Assembly (NCBI GenBank): GCA_950097015.1
Contig: CATNEN010000029.1
Span: forward strand, 5,952,001-6,016,000
DNA from: Macrostomum hystrix
Lineage: Eukaryota; Animalia; Platyhelminthes
Length of the DNA: 64,000 nucleotides
Reading direction: 5' to 3'
Shown here: piece by piece, positions 55,575 through 64,000 of the stretch
Layout of the letters: every line of letters starts with the position of its first letter
Position numbering within the stretch: position 1 is the first letter of the stretch
Program-made: the position numbers and the translations under genes
Notes under the pieces: model-generated
Database searches by the model: none
Told to the model about the DNA's origin: nothing
Seen by the model: only the letters and a program-made list of their open reading frames with translations

Positions 55575-58440
55575 GCGTCAGAGTAGAAAAGTGTCAGGCG
55601 GAGTAGAAAAGTGTAAGAGTGAGTAGAAAAGTGTAAGAGTGAGTAGAAAAGTGTCAGAGTGAGTAGAAAAGTGTAAGAGTGAGTAGAAAAGTGTAAGAGT
55701 GAGTAGAAAAGTGTCAGAGTGAGTAGAAAAGTGCAAGAGTGAGTAGAAAAGTGTCAGAGTGAGTAGAAAAGTGTCAGAGTGAGTAGAAAAGTGTCAGAGT
55801 GAGTAGAAAAGTGTCAGAGTGAGTAGAAAAGTGTCAGAGTGAGTAGAAAAGTGTAAGAGTGAGTAGAAAAGACTTTGAGTGAGTAGAAAAGTGTCAGGCT
55901 GAGTAAAAGGTGTCAGAGTGACTAGAAAAGTGTCAGAGTGAGTAGAAAAGTGTCAGGCTGAGTAAAAAGTGTCAGGCGGAGTAGAAAAGTGTAAGAGTGA
56001 GTAGAAAAGTGTCAGGCGGAGTAGAAAAGTGTAAGAGTGAGTAGAAAAGTGTAAGAGTGAGTAGAAAAGTGTAAGAGTGAGTAGAAAAGTGTCAGAGTGA
56101 GTAGAAAAGTGTCAGAGTGAGTAGAAAAGTGTAAGAGTGAGTAGAAAAGTGTCAGAGTGAGTAGAAAAGTGCAAGAGTGAGTAGAAAAGTGTCAGAGTGA
56201 GTAGAAAAGTGTCAGAGTGAGTAGAAAAGTGTCAGAGTGAGTAGAAAAGTGTAAGAGTGAGTAGAAAAGTGTAAGAGTGAGTAGAAAAGTGTAAGAGTGA
56301 GTAGAAAAGTGTAAGAGTGAGTAGAAAAGTGTAAGAGTGAGTAGAAAAGTGTAAGAGTGAGTAGAAAAGTGTCAGAGTGAGTAGAAAAGTGCCAGAGTGA
56401 GTAGAAAAGTGTCAGAGTGAGTAGAAAAGTGTAAGAGTGAGTAGAAAAGACTTTGAGTGACTAGAAAAGTGTCAGAGTGAGTAGAGAAGTGTCTGAGTGA
56501 GTAGAAAAGTGTCAGGCTGAGTAAAAGGTTTCAGAGTGACTAGAAAAGTGTCAGAGTGAGTAGAAAAGTGTCAGGCTGAGTAAAAAGTGTCAGGCGGAGT
56601 AGAAAAGTGTCAGGCTGAGTAAAAAGTGTCAGGCGGAGTAGAAAAGTGTAAGAGTGAGTAGAAAAGTGTCAGGCTGAGTAAAAAGTGTCAGGCGGAGTAG
56701 AAAAGTGTCAGAGTGAGTAGAAAAGTGTAAGAGTGAGTAGAAAAGTGTAAGAGTGAGTAGAAAAGTGTAAGAGTGAGTAGAAAAGTGTCAGAGTGAGTAG
56801 AAAAGTGCCAGAGTGAGTAGAAAAGTGTCAGAGTGAGTAGAAAAGTGTAAGAGTGAGTAGAAAAGACTTTGAGTGAGTAGAAAAGTGTCAGAGTGAGTAG
56901 AGAAGTGTCTGAGTGAGAAGAAAAGTGTCAGGCTGAGTAAAAGGTGTCAGAGTGACTAGAAAAGTGTCAGAGTGAGTAGAAAAGTGTCAGGCTGAGTAAA
57001 AAGTGTCAGGCGGAGTAGAAAAGTGTAAGAGTGAGTAGAAAAGTGTAAGAGTGAGTAGAAAAGTGTAAGAGTGAGTAGAAAAGTGCCAGAGTAGTAGAAA
57101 AGTGTAAGAGTGAGTAGAAAAGTCTTTGAGTGAGTAGAAAAGTGTCTGAGTGAGTAGAAAAGTGTCTGAGTGAGTAGAAAAGTGTCAGAGTGAGTAGAAA
57201 AGTGTCTGAGTGAGTAGAAAAGTGTCAGAGTGAGTAGAAAAGTGTCAGAGTGAGTAGAAAAGTGTCAGAGTGAGTAGAAAAGTGTCAGAGTGAGTAGAAA
57301 AGTGTCAGAGTGAGTAGAAAAGTGTCAGAGTGAGTAGAAAAGTGTCAGGCTGAGTAAAAAGTGTCAGGCGGAGTAGAAAAGTGTAAGAGTGAGTAGAAAA
57401 GTGTAAGAGTGAGTAGAAAAGTGTCAGAGTGAGTAGAAAAGTGTCAGAGTGAGTAGAAAAGTGTCAGAGTGAGTAGAAAAGTGTAAGAGTGAGTAGAAAA
57501 GTGTCAGAGTGAGTAGAAAAGTGCAAGAGTGAGTAGAAAAGTGTCAGAGTGAGTAGAAAAGTGTCAGAGTGAGTAGAAAAGTGTCAGAGTGAGTAGAAAA
57601 GTGTAAGAGTGAGTAGAAAAGTGTAAGAGTGAGTAGAAAAGTGTAAGAGTGAGTAGAAAAGTGTAAGAGTGAGTAGAAAAGTGTCAGAGTGAGTAGAAAA
57701 GTGCAAGAGTGAGTAGAAAAGTGTCAGAGTGAGTAGAAAAGTGTCAGAGTGAGTAGAAAAGTGTCAGAGTGAGTAGAAAAGTGTCTGAGTGAGTAGAAAA
57801 GTGTCAGAGTGAGTAGAAAAGTGTCTGAGTGAGTAGAAAAAAGTCAGGCTGAGTAAAAAGTGTCAGAGTGACTAGAAAAGTGTCAGGCTGAGTAAAAAGT
57901 TTCAGAGTGACTAGAAAAGTCTTTGAGTGACTAGAAAAGTGTCAGAGTGAGTAGAAAAGTGTCAGAGTGAGTAGAAAAGTGTAAGAGTGAGTAGAAAAGT
58001 CTTTGAGTGAGTAGAAAAGTGTCTGAGTGAGTAGAAAAGTGTCAGAGTGAGTAGAAAAGTGTAAGAGTGAGTAGAAAAGTGTCTGAGTGAGTAGAAAAGT
58101 GTAAGAGTGAGTAGAAAAGTGTCAGAGTGAGTAGAAAAGTGTCAGGCTGAGTAAAAAGTGTCAGGCGGAGTAGAAAAGTGTAAGAGTGAGTAGAAAAGTG
58201 TCAGAGTGAGTAGAAAAGTGTCTGAGTGAGTAGAAAAGTGTCAGAGTGAGTAGAAAAGTGTCTGAGTGAGTAGAAAAGTGTCAGGCTGAGTAGAAAAGTG
58301 TCAGGCTGAGTAAAAAGTGTCAGAGTGACTAGAAAAGTCTTTGAGTGAGTAGAAAAATGTCAGAGTGACTAGAAAAGTCTTTGAGTGAGTAGAAAAGTGT
58401 CAGGGTGAGTAAAAAAGTGTCAGGGCGAGTAAAAAAGTAT
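55575..58440. repeat. 20-bp purine-rich satellite, about 140 copies
   Basis: Unit gagtgagtagaaaagtgt(c/a)a with recurring variant blocks. Confidence 0.97.
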
Positions 58441-58742
58441 GTAACATAGTAATTTAAATTTGATTAGGTATAGCGACAGCACAGCTTAAGAATGGATTTG
58501 ATGTTGCATAATTTTAGAAAAGTTTATTTGCTTAACGAAACGAAATCTTTCTGCATTCCGTAGAGAACGGTCTAAGATAGAAGGAAATGTTACACGTTTG
58601 AACTAAAAACTTACAATTTAAGGAACTTTTTCTTTGAAAAAATTGACTGGAAAGGTAAAAGACAAGCACGAACAGTTTAGCCATTTAGACACTAACTGAA
58701 TGTTTAGATATGTCTAAGACTATGAAACTTTGTCTATTGTGG

Positions 58743-60746
58743 TCACACAGCCGTACTGTAGCCTTCATCATCCTGCGGATGCAGCTTCTGTCCAGGCCCA
58801 GACGGACAGGCTACAATTGGCAGCCGATGCTGCAGCTGCGGTGGTACAGGCGGCGCATGCGTTGTCGCCGGCCGTCCGGCGCCCAGTCCGTCCTGGAGTA
58901 TGCAGTCGTCAACCTGGGAGGCCCGCACGTACGTACCTGACGTTCCGGAAGATGCGCCAGCCTGCGAGCCGGGTGAAACCCTCGCTATGGTGGCGTAGAG
59001 ATCGCCGTGCAGGGGGCAGGGACGAACGGCGACTGCGGCAGCCGGGCCGCCTGCAGGCGCTGCTGGACGCGAGCCAGCAAGAGGCAGCGTTGCCGACGCT
59101 ACTGACGCAGTGCCGCCGATAACTGCGTCGGCTCCGCCGCAGCCATGGACAGGGCACACTGGGAATAGCTGATGCAATGAGCCACCAGCGCCGCCACCGC
59201 CACCGCCATGGACAGGACAGTCGCGATGCAACTGCAAGGTGTAATCCACCTCTGGCTGAGCGGCCGCCGCTCGCCTCGGCTGCTGCTTCTTCACTTGTCG
59301 CTGGTGGGCACCGTCGAGTTCGACCTCATCTTCGCCAGCCGAGTAGAATCCATTCTCGCGAGATTTTAAAAGCTGGCTGTAGCCTCGTTGTTGCTGCTGT
59401 GATTGCTGCTGATTCAGTTGCAGCTGCTGCTGCTGCTGCTGCTGCAGCTGCAACTTTCCGTCCCTCTGGCGTCGCCTTGTCGCACCGGCCCGCGTGTAGT
59501 GATAGAAGAACACGCCGCCAATCATCAGTGCGCAGGTAATAACAACAATAACGCCGACGCTGACTACCGTGATGAGCTTGCGGCTGATGGCGGCGGATCG
59601 GATGGCGTCCACTGTGACCCGGTGCACCAGGCTGGCGTTGCCCCGACCGTTTGCCGCCATGCACTTGTACAGTCGGGAGTCCCGCTTGGCGGTGCCCATG
59701 ATGGTCAGTCCAGCTAGAATGCTGTTTTGGCCGGCGCTGCGCCAGGTGTGGTAGCCGGGCTGCAACGGGAGCACCGTATTGGCAACCTCGGTGCCGTACA
59801 GCCAGACTACGGAGCCGGGCGGATCGCTGTAAAAGTTGCAAGTCAGCGTCAGATTGTCGCCCTCGTTGACCCGGTGAACAATCCTTACGGACGCGTCGGT
59901 AGCGACTTCCGGCAGGCACTGGAACCAGGCGTCGTGTGTGGTGCCATCAAAGAGACTCAAGCCGGCCATGCCTCGATAGCCGGTGGCCGGGTCGGCTGGC
60001 GGACCGGCGCATTTCGGACTGCCGGAAAAGTTCAGTCCGGAGCGCTCGCGGTATTTCTTATTGCGCCAGCTAATTAGCCATCGCAGGTGGCAGTCGCAGT
60101 TCCAAAAGTTGTTAGCCAAGCTGAGCTGGCGCAGCTGGGTACTGTCCAGGTCGCTAACCATGAGGCCTGTGTTTGGTAGAGTCTTTAGGTTGCAGTTCTG
60201 CAGATCAAGGACCCGCAGGCGGTGCAGGCCGGTGAAGGCGCCCTCGCGGATCTGCAATCGCACGGTGTTTTTCAGACTGAGTTCAAGCAGCGAGTCGCGC
60301 TGATATTCGAAGAAGCCCCGGTCGAGGAGGACTTCGCCCAGACTGCCGCCCATGTGAAGCTCCTGCAGGTTGACGAGCGGTCTGAGGAAGCTGTTGTTTC
60401 TGATGTTCAGGTGGTTATTTGAGATGTCTAGCTTTATTAGCTTTTTTAGGGGCCGAAATGCTCCATCTGAGATTTGCTCGATGAGGTTGTTGTCAAGCAT
60501 CAAGGTGGTGACATTCACATAGCCGGTGAAGGAGTTGTCGTGTAGATTTCTAATTTGATTCCGGCTTAGCAGGAAGTCTTCAACGTCGTGCTGGTATTGC
60601 ATGGCCGGCACGTCTTCGAGCTTGTTCGAGCTGCAGACTGCTCGCTGTTTCAATCGGCCATCGTGAAGCACGTTGACTCGAGAGCACGCGAGTGAGCCTC
60701 CGGTCAGCAGCAGGCTTATCAGCGAAAGCAGCAGACGTCGCGACAT
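58743..60746 (-). CDS. Type I membrane LRR-Ig protein (Kekkon/LIG-like), intronless CDS, about 667 aa
   Basis: Signal peptide MSRRLLLSLISLLLTGGSLA (ATG 60746; the ORF opens at 60824), typical LRRs (LxxLxLxNNxIxxI), LRRCT NNFWNCDCHLRWL, Ig domain LTLTC...VVW...DSRLYKCMAAN, TM segment LITVVSVGVIVVITCALMIGGVFFY, and a low-complexity tail ending YSTAV (PDZ-binding-like). Confidence 0.9.
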   Translation of the reverse strand: MSRRLLLSLISLLLTGGSLACSRVNVLHDGRLKQRAVCSSNKLEDVPAMQYQHDVEDFLLSRNQIRNLHDNSFTGYVNVTTLMLDNNLIEQISDGAFRPLKKLIKLDISNNHLNIRNNSFLRPLVNLQELHMGGSLGEVLLDRGFFEYQRDSLLELSLKNTVRLQIREGAFTGLHRLRVLDLQNCNLKTLPNTGLMVSDLDSTQLRQLSLANNFWNCDCHLRWLISWRNKKYRERSGLNFSGSPKCAGPPADPATGYRGMAGLSLFDGTTHDAWFQCLPEVATDASVRIVHRVNEGDNLTLTCNFYSDPPGSVVWLYGTEVANTVLPLQPGYHTWRSAGQNSILAGLTIMGTAKRDSRLYKCMAANGRGNASLVHRVTVDAIRSAAISRKLITVVSVGVIVVITCALMIGGVFFYHYTRAGATRRRQRDGKLQLQQQQQQQLQLNQQQSQQQQRGYSQLLKSRENGFYSAGEDEVELDGAHQRQVKKQQPRRAAAAQPEVDYTLQLHRDCPVHGGGGGGAGGSLHQLFPVCPVHGCGGADAVIGGTASVASATLPLAGSRPAAPAGGPAAAVAVRPCPLHGDLYATIARVSPGSQAGASSGTSGTYVRASQVDDCILQDGLGAGRPATTHAPPVPPQLQHRLPIVACPSGPGQKLHPQDDEGYSTAV

Positions 60747-61017
60747 GACTTCGGACAGACACCGATCGGCCAGGAACTCTACAATGATAATGAACGCGAG
60801 GTTGCGACCGTCGGCGAATACCATTCATTATGAAACGAGGGCACATGGCTGGCATTAATATTAGACTGCATTGCAACTTCTCAGGGGCACTGTTTCACAG
60901 TCTCTCCCTGTCGCTAACCCCGGCCCACCCTCCAAACTCATTCGCCTTGGCCTGGTCGGTCGATGGGGCGGGTGTGAGAAGTGGTCTCTCCGTACTGTCC
61001 AGACAGGGAGATGAGCC

Positions 61018-61021
<4 letters not shown>

Positions 61022-61048
<27 letters not shown>
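61022..61048. repeat. (GT)n microsatellite
   Basis: tgtgtgtgtgtgtgtgtgtgtgtgtgt. Confidence 0.9.
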
Positions 61049-62519
61049 TCTGCTCCCATAGGCAGACGAAGAAGAGAAAATCGAGTGGGGCTGACCAGAT
61101 CGCCGGCCAGCTGTGGCAAAAGCCGTGGCGGCGGCAACGGCTGCGGCACGATGAAGGAGGAAAAAGGGGAGGAAAACGTTTGGCAGTTCTGAGGCCGCAA
61201 AGAAGAGGCACAGAGAGAATTGGCGAGAGAAGAGCTTGAGGGAAGGCGAAAGGCTTGAGGAAGGCCAACGTTCTTTGGCCTTCCTCCGTCTGGACCAAGT
61301 CTGGACAGGGCGGCTAAACAGAATGGGAGCAGAGAAAGACGTGGCATAAAATTCTTTTTTTACTGCCGAGTCCAAGCGGCCGACAACGGGTCCATTTATT
61401 ATCGCGGGTACTGGGCAGTGAGCTAGGTAATGTTGGGGGACTCACGGGGACTGTCTGTCGGCACGAACCCGCTCCATCCCCAGTTCAAATTACCATTCTT
61501 TCCTTCACTCTCCTCGCAGCGTTAGTTTGAGTTTCAATTATTTTTTCTGAATAGTCCCACTTCTCATCGTTGCCAGCTCTCATCTTTCTAGAGCCTTTTA
61601 TCTCTGATTTGTCAGACCAGACCGACGGAATCTTGCGAATCCCCTTCGCTAGAATGAAAGTACAGAATTGTCTGCCCTGCGGAACTCTGTCAACATGGTT
61701 GCTGCTGTGTGTGATTGTGTGACTAAGGCCTTTACTCGCTGATTCATGGAAACTTCTCAAGGTTTTGGCGTCTCTCCTTGTCAAAAAGCTGCATTTCCAA
61801 AGCACTAACGAGCGAGATAGACAGGACAGACGTGTATGAAAAATCCGCATGCAATAAATCGCTTCCCCAGTCCATATCCCATTATTTTTGCCCTCGAAGT
61901 GGACTTGCTGTTCCCGGCGGCTCAGGAGACGATAGGGCCGAGACCGGCAGGATGTGTGCACTGGGTCGAGGAACGATATATCCATCAAGTCCCTGGCATT
62001 TCTATCTGTCTCATCCCGGCTGCTCATACGGTCATCCCCCGTGACACGGTCCAAATCCCTAAGCCGTAATATGTGAGCACACCGGTGCAGCCGGGCAGAA
62101 ATGTTACCTTGAGCAGCTGGATGTCCTCAAATGGCAAAATGAAATTTTCTGAGAGTGGCTGGGCAGAATGAAAGGCAGGGGACGTGCGACGAATGAATCA
62201 GTTCCGACTGGGACAGGGAGATCCGTTCGCTATTGTGACTCTGCGTGCTCATACTATATGCGGATTGCCAAAGTGTACGCTCGTAGCGAATCAAAGCCAA
62301 ACCAAATCGACTGGCTGAAAACGATTGGAAAAACACTGATTAACCATCGCCAATCTTTTTTGAATGAGGAAAAGCAAAAGTTCCTTCAATGTAGGAGAAA
62401 ATCCCATTGGGATTTCCACTGGAATTCATCAGAGGCAATTCAATCAACGAACACTCTTGTGCACTCTAGGGTTTCTCAGAAAGTCAAGCTGAATAATATT
62501 TGATACTAAATCTGAAGCT

Positions 62520-62965
62520 ACTGCTCATTGTCTACCTCTGGAGCTACTGCCCATTGTCTACCTCTGGAGCTACTGCTCATTGTGTACCTCTGGAGCTACT
62601 GCCCATTGTCTACCTCTGGAGCTACTGCCCATTGTCTACCTCTGGAGCTACTGCCCATTGTCTACCTCTGACGCTACTACTCATTGTCTGCCTATACCTA
62701 CCAATGAATGTATTATCCGATACCTACCAGTGAGTGTACCACCCGATACCTACTAGTCAGTGTACCATCCGATACCTACTAGTGAGTGCACTATCCGATA
62801 CCTACCAGTGAGTGTACCATCCGATACCTACCAGTGAGTGTAACATCCGTTACCTACCAGTTTACCTACCAGTGAGTGTAACATCCATTACCTACTAGTG
62901 AGTGCACTATCCGATACCTACTAGTGAGTGTATTATCCGTTACCTACCTACCAGTGAGTGTACCA
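62520..62965. repeat. Two abutting 26-bp minisatellites
   Basis: gagctactgcccattgtctacctctg (62520-62690) and cctaccagtgagtgtaccatccgata (62695-62965). Confidence 0.9.
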
Positions 62966-63130
62966 TCCTTCACTGACCACTTAAGCCAGCAGTAGATTCT
63001 TACCTTCTAAATATCGACACTTAATTTAATCGTCATAATTAGCATTTCTCGATATAAATGATTAGCAAATAAAAAATCTTATTTTTCTCACCAAGGAAGG
63101 AAAATAGGGATATTTAAGGTTTGAATTTTA

Positions 63131-63438
63131 ATAATAATAATAATAGTTGATTACACCTGCCCCAATTGGGTCAGATGTGCAGCCGACAGCACAGCCGCAG
63201 CTTATGCGCGGCGCATCTGAAGGCTGCGTACAGCTGTTCAGTCCACGGACTGGGGGACGCCACACCCACCTTCAATTATCCCAGCTGATGCTGGTACCCA
63301 TTTAACAGCTGGGTGAACTGAAGCAATGCAGAGTTAAGTGTCTTGCTAAAGGACGCAAATTGTTCCAGTGGAGTCGGGAATCGAACCCCCGACCTTCAAG
63401 TCGTGAGTCCGACGCCCTAACCACTAGGCTACAACCTC
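63131..63438 (-). mobile_element. Full-length tRNA-derived SINE family 2 with a CORE-like central domain and a 10-bp TSD
   Basis: Head GTAGCCTAGTGG...GGTTCGATTCCC, central gcgtcctttagcaagacacttaactctgcattgcttcagttcacccagctgttaaatggg (resembles the MIR CORE consensus as recalled), (TTA)n tail, and TSD ttgaatttta at 63121-30 and 63439-48. Confidence 0.85.
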
Positions 63439-64000
63439 TTGAATTTTAACTATAAGCTAAACCCCGCAGTCGCCTTATCTGACAAGCCATTGTGCGGAAC
63501 CATCTGAGCCTGTTACTCCCCCGTGCCGTTGCCGCTTGTCAACCGCTTAAATGGATGACTGACTGTGATGAGACCCAGGGCTTGGCTATTGTTTGCTGGA
63601 ATACTGAGATAAACACACTCGGAGGATGTTGGGATAAAGATGGGAGTTATCCCACGGTGATGGGCAGTAGTGCTGGGTTGGATCTGTCATTCAGTCAAGT
63701 GTGCGCAGAGAAGGAATGACAGCTGCAGTACAAAATAAGTTCATCTCAGTGCAACTAAAAGTTTATGCTAAAGTTTGGATGAACTGAACTGATGCGTTGG
63801 TTCCGAGACTGGGACGAGAAATAAAAGCTTCTTACCTACCTAAAACAATACGCATGAATACGCAATCAATACTATCGTTATACATTACACCACCGTTTTA
63901 AATCCAGTGCCTATTATGCGATGCTCAATATTTCTGTTAAACTGGCAAATAACTGGAGGCCTGATGCTATTTTTAGAACTCAAGGTCGATAGTCACGTGA

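Noticed and set aside
61485-62069. 189-aa ORF and a GLDGYIVP segment reminiscent of X-Pro aminopeptidase
   Set aside because: No further family motifs in any frame; cannot be supported.
63361-63438. Functional tRNA gene (also considered at 28402 and 357)
   Set aside because: A and B boxes are present but the acceptor and anticodon stems do not pair; the heads continue into SINE bodies with tails and TSDs.

Overview
Eukaryotic (metazoan) genomic DNA with GT-AG introns, GC-rich poly-Ala/Gln coding exons and many minisatellites. The style suggests a free-living flatworm such as Macrostomum, but this is inference. Three host genes on the minus strand can be spliced by eye: an 8-exon PH-domain/coiled-coil protein (2571-6816), a 6-exon SLC26/SulP anion transporter (11623-16880) and an intronless LRR-Ig-TM receptor (58743-60746). 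Between them, about 19-46 kb is a nested transposon graveyard. It holds four IS630/Tc1-like copies (one intact, DD30E, 159/157-bp TIRs, CTAG target), two DD34D mariners (one intact), BEL/Pao pieces (LTR, tRNA-iMet-type PBS, gag, protease), a gypsy 3' end, several Crypton-type tyrosine recombinase pieces, a THAP/P-like remnant and tRNA-derived SINEs. 13 of 14 TE coding fragments there face the same strand. The region also contains a decayed PIWI MID-domain fragment next to the intact IS630-like element, an orphan 3-exon gene between two Crypton parts, an in-frame Pao-integrase/tyrosine-recombinase fusion ORF and a strongly over-represented CCATAGAC octamer. At 46.5-49.3 kb a divergent pair of small secreted-protein paralogues is found; one intron carries about 18 tandem copies of its own splice acceptor. 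Everything was derived by manual reading; no database searches were run.
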